From UHGV virus genome UHGV-0076294: DNA of 64,000 nt. One strand, written 5' to 3'. Every line of letters starts with the position of its first letter. The first letter of the stretch is position 1. This DNA is from a virus. The notes beneath the pieces are model-generated. The model searched no databases and was not told where the DNA came from. It was given only the letters and a program-made list of their open reading frames with translations. Positions 35,201 through 44,060 of the stretch are shown one piece after another. The position numbers were made by a program, and so were the translations under genes.

Positions 35201-36420
35201 GGACCATCTATCTCACCAGCTATCGCTGAGTTAGAGATAGAAGATAAGTTACCGAACCCGTAGCGTGCCAACTGAAGCCGTTTCATGACTTCTGGGTTCT
35301 TTTCTAACTCACTGCGTGTCCAGTTCTGTAAACGTTCTACTTGCGGTTGTAAGAATCGTTTTGCTAACCAACCACCGGCAAACCCTGCGACTTTACCTCG
35401 GCTATTCGTACGACGACGTTCTGGCGACAGTGTAGAACTGTCTTCCATGTCGAAGTCGTCTTCCTGACCCATTGACAGAACTTGTTCTAATAACCCACGT
35501 CCGTCACTGAAGATATTCGAAATCTTTTTCTTCGCGTTCTCACGGATTTGTTCAATGAACGAATCTGCGTAACGTAAGGGGTTCATCCATTCAGCGGCTT
35601 TACGTTTTACGTTAGCCCAACGAATTTCAGAGAATTCCTCTTTTGCATAATCCGGCAACGCGGTGTTTTTAACAATCGCTTCAAGTGCCGGAGTGTTACG
35701 GCTAAACTCGTCCTGTTTAAGTTTAGCAATATCTTGCAATGCGAATAACGTACGGTATTGCAGCTCTAGCTGTTTACGCTGAACGTTAAGCATCACCCCG
35801 CGACTTAAACTGGTCGTCAGGTTAACGTCTTTCGCAATACCGATAACCGTCTGGAACAGCGCATCGGACTTCATGTCCTTGATGGTGTCACGAAGACGGT
35901 CTTCTACCATTCCTTCCTGAACTTCACGTTGTTGTTCAGGTGTTTGTGGGGTACCTGCAAAAACAGTGTCTAACTCACGATCCATTAACGCTTGTTTAGG
36001 ATCGTAATTCCCGTAATCGTACTGGTCGCTTTTCGCCCATTTATCGATCTTACGGGTTACGCTGTCAGGCAAATACCGTTTTAGGGTTGGGCCTAATTGA
36101 CGAGCTTGTGCCTTCACCACGCGGGAGGTCTTTTCAATCTCGTCTTTCGTATGGGCCAGAATGTCTTGACCTGCGGCTTTGACGTTCTTATAACCTTCAT
36201 AAGCGTCAGACGCCGGTTTTGGCATTCCTTTTAAAATGACCTGATCACGTTTATTTTCGGGCCAGATAGTCGACAATGCCGACTTACGGGCAGCACGAAA
36301 TGTGTCCATGACCGGGTTACGCGATTGGTCTTGTTGACGAGGGGGCTCATCAAAATCGTCCCAGTCGTCCATGTTATCAAGATCGATTTCATCGAAATCG
36401 TCTTTACCTTTTTTAGCCAT
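29287..36420 (-). CDS. giant virion protein with lytic transglycosylase (SLT) domain; tape-measure/cell-puncturing lysin candidate (phiKZ gp181-like)
   Basis: 2377 aa. Acidic N-terminus, central hydrophobic cluster, Arg/Phe-rich repeats, SLT block AMAKAESGFRYGV..AAGLFQFIDSTW..YDPWANTILGVQFI, and an Ala/Ser/Gly/Pro-rich tail. Confidence 0.85.
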   Translation of the reverse strand: MAKKGKDDFDEIDLDNMDDWDDFDEPPRQQDQSRNPVMDTFRAARKSALSTIWPENKRDQVILKGMPKPASDAYEGYKNVKAAGQDILAHTKDEIEKTSRVVKAQARQLGPTLKRYLPDSVTRKIDKWAKSDQYDYGNYDPKQALMDRELDTVFAGTPQTPEQQREVQEGMVEDRLRDTIKDMKSDALFQTVIGIAKDVNLTTSLSRGVMLNVQRKQLELQYRTLFALQDIAKLKQDEFSRNTPALEAIVKNTALPDYAKEEFSEIRWANVKRKAAEWMNPLRYADSFIEQIRENAKKKISNIFSDGRGLLEQVLSMGQEDDFDMEDSSTLSPERRRTNSRGKVAGFAGGWLAKRFLQPQVERLQNWTRSELEKNPEVMKRLQLARYGFGNLSSISNSAIAGEIDGPLATVFRLMHEMGLVTPLRREGLALEERSAEALSAAAKFDRKAYLSITEVIPTLLTEINKSIRRGYGEHHDQVYDLTTRGMVDRKVIGNRVRKAVANDEQRKRLQQYINETVDFIDKDKTLDSKTRQALADYIESRASEGKAFDVGSLLKDPMHMYRYMNANAVEAIQAVLEARSAELVGGHHELSNEIAGKISAIQSTIRARQNTVDEASIIYGENALRDAGIFKYDAKNDRFDVDKDINDPYTLYNDLAMGKTRSGRSLTREQEIQRKLKNGSALGDYLRRLGVDASVTGDESTIDTVRGKGGRGGRGLSARQLAAVLYGEKSTNFVELLSERPDTNAGLEQQFDRIVDAIRNKSESNTVQEILKHVKNMDEEGILLASLGGGRDGEGVASEDAGSTGNKRKRKRIVLGESGLFRRWAGVLWDTGTGAGRFAKNMFLRGKGRLQSLGSFIRGKFSGGSSDGPGVFERLKGLVTGTLSTGWNSAVAFGKGVLGVRDIYDEKGNVVLQGNRLEAGEYYQADPKTNKLVQLRSLDDIKLGRDIVDEAGNLILAAADLAAAGKLRFYKGGKLQALFQYISGKAGTAVNKAVNLPKKLIGLISPRAASIFEKAREWLNEIPEGSEKTRLQSMISRVTGMPARLWNNAKRGFEKFKELATDNPLTRWWQNRKDGGSGGGFSMFSWSNGRKTNHILIRIYKLLNRRLDGEPEDESWTEQLEKNVGSKSIKGMLNRVKDFRDGFKDYFQSFRDWRGRQRDRFSRFRQGVGDRLSRWGAAGKGWFDRFRGRFGETVDSFRDPRYDIGTRYRAESRLAGRDDDVAEFYRQHLYARGKVSPTRVINAAKEDFETATDSAGRVINKGKQKAKSVGSALLERLNRMVNLQEMSWFNTMRDSAERAGAPDGLIRTMFSKFGQRNKPAANDEKRDYFQFFRRRRRSKEEEKAKKSAEQKGRKGGVMDFLKGLPLVGPIVSILGTVGSILGKVAKWGIFKPTGFIGKAAWNVGKFAVQRLAVPAVTAVASAASTVVAAVGWPAIVIGATAAGLGYWAYKCATRVKAQYLDYMRLAQYGFRDYDQWSSEDGMKARYLEDALKPYVSYTEGGEAQLRGLSSEDVKKLAEGFGVNLEERGEMLAFTAFMLQRFAPIYLRWISALKSMDNDIALADVGDPKKVSKADMITLYNKMKMGKDSAEFRSLTDPRKVNQGWFSKAWDFVTFTPAEFLSGEEVVEAQERVWRSINMRTDDKRKQRSGMRDAVEGHKIASVAETSQVLANADAERNEKVAKVEGWEDGTEQVQIQVDWHSLPKKSDLEDLESVRWKTYGAVTINQTTRNLFTLLEKNVLKDIDVKNCTYKGNWKEAIAVISPDLIGGPKEERCKNWFYNRFLPAYMTYVVGLKRYIPQADPTELKVSGGFMYELALMIRGAYNMKGGIRQSVWEIPFNPLGEEANTDAGSVATELANLKELSKEPDLAVRNTLRSTPAAGKRAKWQKADRATRMYQTDEDGKERFKGVVDWGTASNDGYLPNGGSSYGTPGDLSQVVGEMGISNYAKFSTGQSGIKLGDVKEGDYKTLAEKYPISKLGSGKTPNVEGVKAMIADVANTLGVPPAIAIAMAKAESGFRYGVKNPGASAAGLFQFIDSTWSGMMKGYSRRYGIPQVNQYDPWANTILGVQFIRDNIMQAQKDLGGVEPPPAVAYLYHFLGPGGGKKFLNAWRQNPNMPADKAEGITPQILRGNKGVFYEMRGEQIVRIRTVGEVINELNRRMGAVATNEIAANPASTKDMVKGLTPAVASSPAVAAGAANDPSISGATDNLPASNAARRDDALAEKGAMGADNVKAATSGGPAVPSPGGSSAGGDASTIAETVAAGARNEGLPEEDVEKVKEGAVQRVAATSKPAPAVTSDAQNGPTLSSGDPISVQQLAVAKESAGYLREIVTILKQRPQPVQNTVSTQPMAPAGSASRQMSVEQPARQLNVRRAG
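30061..30423 (-). other. SLT (goose-type/Slt70-like) lytic transglycosylase domain inside the giant protein
   Basis: Catalytic Glu in AKAESGF is encoded at 30376-30378 (residue 2015). Followed by GLFQF and the Y..N motifs typical of the family. Confidence 0.8.
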
Positions 36421-36449
36421 AACGTTTAATCCGTATCAGGAGATTTAGC

Positions 36450-38075
36450 GTGAATAAACTTAATTGGGTTGACTTTTATCTGCTCAATGTAAACAAGTCT
36501 CTTGTGTCGCGATTACGACCCGTCACGACCACAGATACTTTTCAAGGGTTGACAAAAAACTTTCACCCTGAAGGGTTGTACTCCACGGAGATTTTCGGTC
36601 TTACGGGAAGTGAAGCCCGAGACTCAACGTTTTCTTACATTGATATTAAATTAGATATCATTTCGCCGACGGTGTGTTTGGCGTTATTCCAACTAAAACA
36701 ACTCTACGAAGAAATTTGTTCTGGAAAACGCTACGCAACCTGGAACGAAAAAGAAAAAGATTTTGAACCGGCTTTGCCTGGCGACGCTGGCGCAGATACC
36801 GGTTTTAACTTTTTCCTTAGTCACTACAACGACTTAAAACCCGGACGTAACGAATCGTTACAACGTGACGAAACGGTGGATTTCTTCGAGAAGTTCCGTC
36901 CCGTGAGTCTTAGCCGCTATGTTCTCGTATTACCCGCGGGTTTACGTGATTTGGTGGTTAGACAAGACGGTAGGGAACAGGAAGAGGAAATCGGTGGGTT
37001 ATATCGTCGTTTGATTTCTTTGGCCAGGGCGATTCCTGACCGTGCTACACGGGTTGAATTAACGAACCCTGTGCGATGGAAACTCCAACAAACCTTTAAC
37101 GAAATCTGGATGTACTTCTTTAACATCCAGGACGGTAAAGGAGGTTTCCAACGTCGTAAAGTGACGTCGCGTAAACTGATGAACGGGACACGTAACGTAT
37201 TGTCCTCATTCTCCACAGGCTCTAAATGCATGGGGCGTGAGGATGCGATTCGACCGACCGACACCAAAATTGGTTTGTATCAGGGTCTGAAAGCGTTGCT
37301 ACCTGTTGCGCAATACCAGATACGTGAACGTTACCTCGGTAACATTCGTGCTGGCGATGGCAACCTTTATGGCGTAAACACCAAAACGCTTAAACGCGAG
37401 TTCTTGGAGGTTGGGGGTCGTGTTTACGACACCTTTACCACAGACGACGGTATCGAAACATTAATTAACCGGATGGAAGCTCGCGAGCTTCGTCATCAAC
37501 CGTTAATGATTAACGATACCCATTACGTCGCACTGGTCTACCAAGACAACAAACATTTTAAGGTGTTCTACGATATCGATGAACTGCCTAAAACGTTTGA
37601 CCGTAAAAACGTCCACGGAATGACCCTGGTAGAATTACTCTACTTATCGGGTTACGAACTGTGGAACAACTATTTCGGTTTCGTTACGCGTTATCCCGTC
37701 ACCGGTCGAGGCTCGACGTACTCATCGACCATAAGATTGGAGACCACCACGTCATCTTTATACCTAAAAGAACTGGAAGATGACTGGGAGACTGAAAAGC
37801 CACACGGAGCTATCAGTTATCCTGACAGGTCGGTTCCAACCTTTGTTGAGTCGATGGCACCGCACCCGTCACGATTGGGTGGCTTAGGGGGTGACTACGA
37901 TGGTGACACCGGTTCACTTAACGCGCCTATGTCGCAAGAAGCACTCGAGGAAAACCGTAACTGGATACACTCGAAGAACTACTGGTTCGATTCTGACGGG
38001 AATTTCAAAATCAATCCTGTCAACAACGTGATTAAACGTGCGACGCAAGCGTTATTAAAGAATCCAAAAGGCTAA
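36450..38075 (+). CDS. multisubunit RNA polymerase beta' subunit, N-terminal fragment (phiKZ gp180-like)
   Basis: 541 aa, GTG start with SD AGGAG 7 nt upstream. VLVLPAGLRDLV, VTRYPVTGRGS and GGDYDGDTGSLNAPMSQEALEE align with RpoC VLPPDLRP, NRAPTLHRLG and [22 protein letters not shown]. Confidence 0.85.
   Translation: MNKLNWVDFYLLNVNKSLVSRLRPVTTTDTFQGLTKNFHPEGLYSTEIFGLTGSEARDSTFSYIDIKLDIISPTVCLALFQLKQLYEEICSGKRYATWNEKEKDFEPALPGDAGADTGFNFFLSHYNDLKPGRNESLQRDETVDFFEKFRPVSLSRYVLVLPAGLRDLVVRQDGREQEEEIGGLYRRLISLARAIPDRATRVELTNPVRWKLQQTFNEIWMYFFNIQDGKGGFQRRKVTSRKLMNGTRNVLSSFSTGSKCMGREDAIRPTDTKIGLYQGLKALLPVAQYQIRERYLGNIRAGDGNLYGVNTKTLKREFLEVGGRVYDTFTTDDGIETLINRMEARELRHQPLMINDTHYVALVYQDNKHFKVFYDIDELPKTFDRKNVHGMTLVELLYLSGYELWNNYFGFVTRYPVTGRGSTYSSTIRLETTTSSLYLKELEDDWETEKPHGAISYPDRSVPTFVESMAPHPSRLGGLGGDYDGDTGSLNAPMSQEALEENRNWIHSKNYWFDSDGNFKINPVNNVIKRATQALLKNPKG
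37893..37907 (+). other. catalytic metal-binding loop DYDGD of the beta'-like subunit
   Basis: Codons GAC TAC GAT GGT GAC, residues 482-486. Confidence 0.8.
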
Positions 38076-38078
38076 TCA

Positions 38079-41000
38079 ATGCTGCTCATTAAACAGTTTA
38101 ACCAACGCTTCTCTGTGCGTAAAACAGACGAGTTTGGTAATCCGAGGATTATCCCGCTCGAGAAGCTCCAGATACCACGAGGCTCTATACTGCACGTCGT
38201 GGATCTCGATCAGGTGGTCTTAGCGCCACCTGCTACGCTGGAAATCATCCAGCCGTTGGAAAAACCTGCACAAATTCGCCACCACTTTAAACTTCCCGAA
38301 GAAGGGATCAGTGGGCATCCACGTAACAAACCTGTGCAGGGGCAAGAACGTGCTATCTTTGCGTACCATCGCGCTAACCGTCCAATTCGTCGCCTGACTT
38401 CAGACGACCTGATTCGTAAAGACTTAAAAGTTCTCCTTATCGAGAACTACACACCGATGTTATCGCATTACTACTATCCAGACACTCAGTTAGCCTGGTA
38501 CGATAGACTGCGTAACATCCAGCTGTTAATGACTAACCAGTTCAAATACGACACGCAAGAATACATGCGTCAAAACTACTTCGTGATTGAGCTGGGGTCA
38601 ACGTTACCGTCTTTCCAGAAGTTCCAAACGACGTATAACGATCGTGTTAAAAGCAAGATTGAAAAGTTCCAGGACTTTAACCTGTTGTGGTTATTGGAAC
38701 TGTTCGCTTGGGCATACGGTAAACAGTCCGATTCTCTGTTTGCAGGAATGGACTTAACGCAACTGTCTCGAATGAACTTCATCTTCACCCACAACAGCGG
38801 CTTTACGTCGATGAACATGGGTGTCGTGGAGAAGATGCGTAAATCGTCCGGTGGTCGTTTAAGTGACGATCAAATGGCCAGGATGTTCTATCGTACGTTA
38901 GTGCGTGTAATGACACAAGCACCGTCTAATGCGTACGAAGCTGAATTCCTGACACCGGAAGGTGATGAACGTATCTTTGTTAAGGACATCGAAGAGGATA
39001 CCGTTGACGTCGTTGACGATACAGACGTTGTTAACGACGCTGTGGTTGAATCGGATAACGCTTTCGATGAAAAAGAAGACCTCGTTATTGAGGAGCCGAA
39101 AGAAGACGTTAAGCCGACGACTATCGTTATCGAAAAAACGATTGCTCACGATGACATTATCAAACAGGAAGCGCAGAAACTGGCTGAGGCGGGCCGCTTA
39201 AGCTCCAAAGCGTATCAGTTCCTGTCTGATTCGACCAAACGTTTCGTTCAGTTACCAAACCCGTACAACCCGAAAGAGACTTACGGCGAAGCATTAACCA
39301 TTCACGAAAAAGACATTGCCGTGAAAGCGGAACCGAAGAAAGTCCAGCGACTGGTTACGGATGAAGGTTGGGCAGAAAACGTCACCGACCAAATGGTGAA
39401 ACAATACAACCAGACCATGATGAGTAAAGACGTGCTGGCAGCAGTCGCCAGCTCGCAGCGTCTTGGTTTGGCTATTCACAACCACACGATCGAGAAAGAG
39501 ATTTCCGTTACGGGAACTATCGAACACCACACCCTGCGAGTTCAACCGATTGGTGGTGAACCGACGACAGTGCGTTTCTCTATCCCTGGTTTAACCGAAG
39601 ACGGTACCTGGGTAGCAAACGGTGTTGAATACACCATGCGTCGTCAGCGTGTAGACGTGCCGATTCGTAAGGTCGCCCCAGACACCGTAGCGTTAACTAC
39701 CGCTTACGGTAAAAACTTCGTACGTCGTAGTGACAAAGTCGCAAACGACTACGGCCGTTGGTTAACGAACGCGATTATCACGCGTGCCGTAGACCCGACC
39801 AACACGGAGATCACAGACGCACGACTCGCGAACGTTTTCGATCCTACTGAGAAACTTCCTCGTCAGTACACGGAGATTGCACGTCGTATCGCCAGCTTCA
39901 ATGCAGGCGGGTATATGTGGAACTTCGATTATAAAGAAGCGGTTAACTTCTTTAATGACGAACAACTTACTGACGCAAATAACGTTGAGATGTTGCCGGT
40001 TGCGAAACGTCCGCGCAGTGAAGTTATTGTGGTGATGGATACCAAGTCCATGCTCTATACCGTTAAAGGTAAAGAGTGTACACCACTGGGTACCATCTTG
40101 GAAGTGCTTGGTTTCAGTAGCCAGAAAGCGCCAAGAGAAATGACTGAGCTTTCACTGATGGGCAAATCGCTCTCACTGGGCTTCATCTTCTCGTTCTATT
40201 TAGGTCTGCAAGGGATGCTTAAACATTTCGGCATTCAGTACGAAATCGTCCCTGTTGGCCAACGTGTAGATAAGAGCACGTACGATTCTATTATTCGTCT
40301 CCAGGACAGTAAGTTCCTGGTAACGTGTGATAACGATCAGCAACGAATGATTCTACACGGTCTGGATAAGTACCTGAAACACCTGGTGGCTTATACCGAG
40401 TCCGAAGTCGACCGCGAAGACATTTACCTGAACTTAATACGTGATGCAGATGGGCTAACCCCACGCTACATCAACGAGCTGAAACAAATGCGGGCCGCGT
40501 TTGTTGATGACATGCACGCACGTATCCTCAGGAAAATGGGTGAACCGGAAACCTTTATCGGGCTATTGGAACGTTCTAACGAACTGTTACAAACCGACCA
40601 CTCTTTACCGGAGATTAACGGTGATGAGATGATGTTCTTAGGGAACCAACGTATTTCCTACCACATCTACACTGCGATGGTCAGGGCGATGCGTAACTAC
40701 AACAACGCACCGAACAGTAACCGTAAGTTCGAGCTTACTCAGGACATGATTTGGGGCGCAATTAACTCCGACCCGTCTGTTCTGTTAGCGCCGGGTGCTA
40801 ACCCTATCCAGTCGATTAAAGAGAAAGACGTTATCACCATGGGGGGTACGGGCGGCCGTAACCGTAAAACAATGGTTTATCACACGCGTGAGTTCCAACC
40901 GAGTGACCTGGGTATTGTTTCCGGTAACACGGTGGATAACGGTGATGTAGGTATTACTGCTTTCGCCACTAACAACCCACGTTTCGATACCGTTGACGGC

Positions 41001-42245
41001 ACAACCTATAAACGGGATGAAAAGAAACTGAAACCGAGCGACACTCTGTCATTTATTGACGGTCTCGTGCCGGATACCCTGATGGATGACGCTAAACGTC
41101 AAAACTTCGTTGGGATTCAGTTAGGTTCTGCCACCAGTTGCAACGGCGCTACCACTACCCCTTATCGTACCGAACAGGAGAAATTTGTCGCTCACCGTAC
41201 GTCGGTGAAACACGCACGCGTTATTGATAAAGCAGGTAAAATCACCGGTCTGTCTAAAGACCATATCGAAATTACGTACGAAGATGGAAGTAAAGAAGCC
41301 TTTCCTCTAGGGCGCTGGTTCGGCCCCCACGAAGGTACCTTCTATCCGCACACCCTGGTGACTCGCTGGAAAGCCGGTGACAAACTCCCGGCCGGGGCAG
41401 TCATCACTTATAACGAGCAACACTTTGAACCCGATATCTACGACCCTACTCAGGTTTCCTGGAAAAACGGGGTGCTGGCTACCGTCGCTTTAATCGAGGC
41501 TGAAGAAGTAATCGAAGACTCCAATGCTATTTCTGAACGGTTCGCGAAGAAAATGGTTGGGCAGGTTACTAAGCTGAAAGAAGTGGTGATTAACAGCAAC
41601 CAGATGCTCCTGGAAATCGTTAACGAAGGGGAACACGTTGACGTCGACACAATCCTATGCACATTTACTGACGACCTTACGGGGGATATGAGTACCTTTA
41701 GTAAGGAAGCAGCACAAACGTTGCAAAGTTTAAGTTCGTACGCACCTCGTGCTGGGGTTCGTGGTATCGTGGATAAAATCGAAGTCGTGTATCACGGTGA
41801 AACCGAAGACATGACGCCTTCACTGGCAGAACTGGTACGCAAATACGATCGTATTCGTCGTAAAGCAGCGTTGGCTGTTAATCGTGGCGATCCGGTATCA
41901 GGGAGTGTTAATGGGGATTACCGTGTAGAGGGTGTACCGTTAGCCTTTAACTCGCTTTGTGTTCGATTCTTTATTACGCACGAAGTTGAAATGGCCGCAG
42001 CGGATAAGATGGTTATTGCTAACCAGCTGAAAACCACTGTACAAGAAGTGATGTACGGGGAAAACAAAACAGAAGATGGCGACGACATTGACATTTTGTT
42101 CGGTCGTGATTCTGTCGACGCACGTATTGTAGGTTCTATCCAACGAATCGGTACCGCAAATGCTGTGGGTGAACAAGCAGGGATTCTTATCGGTCGTATT
42201 CTCGACGGCGAGTCCGTGCCTGAGTTACCAGCGACACTTAAATAA
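38079..42245 (+). CDS. multisubunit RNA polymerase beta subunit, large N-terminal fragment (phiKZ gp178-like)
   Basis: 1388 aa. HTREFQPSDLGIVSGNTVDNGDVGITAFA (cf. HYGR.CPIETPEGPNIGLI), AADKMVIANQLKTTV (cf. GDKMAGRHGNKGVIS) and DIDILFGRDSVDARIVGSI (cf. VDIVLNPLGVPSRMNIGQI). Ends where the 15063 module begins in the RpoB alignment. Confidence 0.75.
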   Translation: MLLIKQFNQRFSVRKTDEFGNPRIIPLEKLQIPRGSILHVVDLDQVVLAPPATLEIIQPLEKPAQIRHHFKLPEEGISGHPRNKPVQGQERAIFAYHRANRPIRRLTSDDLIRKDLKVLLIENYTPMLSHYYYPDTQLAWYDRLRNIQLLMTNQFKYDTQEYMRQNYFVIELGSTLPSFQKFQTTYNDRVKSKIEKFQDFNLLWLLELFAWAYGKQSDSLFAGMDLTQLSRMNFIFTHNSGFTSMNMGVVEKMRKSSGGRLSDDQMARMFYRTLVRVMTQAPSNAYEAEFLTPEGDERIFVKDIEEDTVDVVDDTDVVNDAVVESDNAFDEKEDLVIEEPKEDVKPTTIVIEKTIAHDDIIKQEAQKLAEAGRLSSKAYQFLSDSTKRFVQLPNPYNPKETYGEALTIHEKDIAVKAEPKKVQRLVTDEGWAENVTDQMVKQYNQTMMSKDVLAAVASSQRLGLAIHNHTIEKEISVTGTIEHHTLRVQPIGGEPTTVRFSIPGLTEDGTWVANGVEYTMRRQRVDVPIRKVAPDTVALTTAYGKNFVRRSDKVANDYGRWLTNAIITRAVDPTNTEITDARLANVFDPTEKLPRQYTEIARRIASFNAGGYMWNFDYKEAVNFFNDEQLTDANNVEMLPVAKRPRSEVIVVMDTKSMLYTVKGKECTPLGTILEVLGFSSQKAPREMTELSLMGKSLSLGFIFSFYLGLQGMLKHFGIQYEIVPVGQRVDKSTYDSIIRLQDSKFLVTCDNDQQRMILHGLDKYLKHLVAYTESEVDREDIYLNLIRDADGLTPRYINELKQMRAAFVDDMHARILRKMGEPETFIGLLERSNELLQTDHSLPEINGDEMMFLGNQRISYHIYTAMVRAMRNYNNAPNSNRKFELTQDMIWGAINSDPSVLLAPGANPIQSIKEKDVITMGGTGGRNRKTMVYHTREFQPSDLGIVSGNTVDNGDVGITAFATNNPRFDTVDGTTYKRDEKKLKPSDTLSFIDGLVPDTLMDDAKRQNFVGIQLGSATSCNGATTTPYRTEQEKFVAHRTSVKHARVIDKAGKITGLSKDHIEITYEDGSKEAFPLGRWFGPHEGTFYPHTLVTRWKAGDKLPAGAVITYNEQHFEPDIYDPTQVSWKNGVLATVALIEAEEVIEDSNAISERFAKKMVGQVTKLKEVVINSNQMLLEIVNEGEHVDVDTILCTFTDDLTGDMSTFSKEAAQTLQSLSSYAPRAGVRGIVDKIEVVYHGETEDMTPSLAELVRKYDRIRRKAALAVNRGDPVSGSVNGDYRVEGVPLAFNSLCVRFFITHEVEMAAADKMVIANQLKTTVQEVMYGENKTEDGDDIDILFGRDSVDARIVGSIQRIGTANAVGEQAGILIGRILDGESVPELPATLK

Positions 42246-42251
42246 TCTCAA

Positions 42252-42272
42252 GGGGTGGGTCGCTCCCACCCT
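42252..42272 (+). other. G-rich hairpin without U-tract after the RNAP beta gene (GGGTGGG tcgct CCCACCC)
   Basis: 7-8 bp stem, 7 nt after the stop. Confidence 0.5.
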
Positions 42273-42292
42273 GATAAACTCCGGAGTAGAGA

Positions 42293-42586
42293 ATGTCTAT
42301 TTTAGATAAAATCAAACAGCGACACGGTATTCCGACTGGGAAAAATATTACCCAGCAAAGCGTGGAAGGCTATAGCCCTATCCAACGTACTAACTACGTG
42401 TCTTTGGGTAACACGGTTGAACTGACGACCGAAATCGTGCACGGATTGATTCGTGGCAATTCTGGAATGTCTGACCGTATCGGCGATCAGAAACTGCTGA
42501 AACGCGATATCGCTGACCTGGTGGGAGCTCGTTTGTACACGAAGCTTCAGGACGCCATCACCACCAACAAAGAGGCTAAACAATGA
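42293..42586 (+). CDS. hypothetical protein
   Basis: 97-aa ORF, SD CCGGAG; ATGA overlap with the next gene. Confidence 0.65.
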   Translation: MSILDKIKQRHGIPTGKNITQQSVEGYSPIQRTNYVSLGNTVELTTEIVHGLIRGNSGMSDRIGDQKLLKRDIADLVGARLYTKLQDAITTNKEAKQ

Positions 42587-44043
42587 TCAGTTTATACTCG
42601 CTGAACGCGGTTACCAACGCCATGAAGCTGTGCAAACAGCACAACATTCAACTCGGCACCGACGTTGACTCTCCGGTTGACCTGTTAAACCGTGCGGTAG
42701 ACCCATCGCGTGTTTTCGATACCACCATTACTGACGAACAGTTCTTCCAAGAATTGCCAGCAATCACTCAGCTGAAACGTCCGACGGAGGCAACGTCAGA
42801 AGCATCCGTTATCCGTGACGGTGCCATTGAGCCAGAAGCGCTGCGTGTTGACGATCATGAAACTACGCTGTTCGAACTGAAGAACATGGCAATTCAACGC
42901 TGCAACGGGATGCTTGATTTCGCCCGTAACGTGGTACAGCCGTTCGTTCAGTTGGTTATTCAGAACAACGTTATCGACGAAGTTAAACCGTTGGTAGAAG
43001 ACTGGAACCTGATTCCGGTGGGTATCGACAGCTGTGTTGATTCTCCAGTTGTCCAGGCGCTGGTTCAGGAAATCGCTAACCCGATGGGTAACGGGACGAC
43101 TTACGACCCGATTAATTTCGACGTTCCAACCAACATCGAAATCCCAGAAACCGGTGTTAAGGCGTACGACGAATTAGTACGTAGCCTGCTTAACGATTTG
43201 GATATTAGTATTTACGATGCGGCTAAACTGATCCTGGCCGGTAACAACACCGTACCAGTTGCAAGCAACGCACCGATGATTCTGAAAGAGCGTGTGCTGG
43301 TTCTGCTGCTGTCTTCCTACTACATCGAACGTCCTTGGCCTGACTCAGGCGTTGACGCTCTGAAGTGGAAAGCAGAGATGGGTCGTGCTTACTACACCTC
43401 TATCGGTTGGGTTTACGGTTTCGAAAAAGAAATCCTGAACCGTGTCGCGACAGGTAACATCATCTACAGCTACGACACCGATAAGAAAGACGTGTACATC
43501 TGTCAGGAAACGATGGATGACTATCTGTCTAAAGGTGGTATCGTTGAAGGTCTGCTGGGTGCTATCTATCTGATGGACGAAGGCGACTATAACGTTTCTG
43601 CGCGCGTTCCTTCGCTGCTGGAAAACCAGAATACGTACGTCGACGCTTATAACCGTCGTGCGATTATTACGCAGAAGAAAAACGAGCAGGACTGGGTAAC
43701 ACGTAACCGTCAGTCACTGAAAACAGCATTCTCTCTGGCTATCGACCAGCTTGACCAGGGATACTTCGATAACGGAGAAGACCAGCGTACGCGTGAAGAT
43801 GTGAAGCGTTGGGTCATGGCAAGTTGCGACACCTTCTTTAGCAATGCTGATGACGACATCACGCTCTTTATTATCCAAACCGCGTGTAACGACGTGTTCC
43901 GCGTATGGGAAATTGGCCCACTGATGCGGACGATTCACCAGGCGATGGTGGATAATCAAGACCCGTCACAAGCAGCAACCAGTTGGATGATTGACTACGT
44001 TCTGGACTGGATTTCAGGTTCTGTGTTTGTTGACAAACTCTAA
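42583..44043 (+). CDS. hypothetical protein, possible head/virion protein (position-based)
   Basis: 486-aa ORF with biased codon usage, upstream of the prohead protease. Confidence 0.7.
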   Translation: MISLYSLNAVTNAMKLCKQHNIQLGTDVDSPVDLLNRAVDPSRVFDTTITDEQFFQELPAITQLKRPTEATSEASVIRDGAIEPEALRVDDHETTLFELKNMAIQRCNGMLDFARNVVQPFVQLVIQNNVIDEVKPLVEDWNLIPVGIDSCVDSPVVQALVQEIANPMGNGTTYDPINFDVPTNIEIPETGVKAYDELVRSLLNDLDISIYDAAKLILAGNNTVPVASNAPMILKERVLVLLLSSYYIERPWPDSGVDALKWKAEMGRAYYTSIGWVYGFEKEILNRVATGNIIYSYDTDKKDVYICQETMDDYLSKGGIVEGLLGAIYLMDEGDYNVSARVPSLLENQNTYVDAYNRRAIITQKKNEQDWVTRNRQSLKTAFSLAIDQLDQGYFDNGEDQRTREDVKRWVMASCDTFFSNADDDITLFIIQTACNDVFRVWEIGPLMRTIHQAMVDNQDPSQAATSWMIDYVLDWISGSVFVDKL

Positions 44044-44060
44044 TGCAATAGGAGGTGATC

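Noticed and set aside
42302-42583. 93-aa minus-strand ORF mirroring the 97-aa plus ORF
   Set aside because: It sits within a long plus-strand operon. The plus ORF has an SD and an ATGA overlap with the next gene, while the minus ORF has neither.
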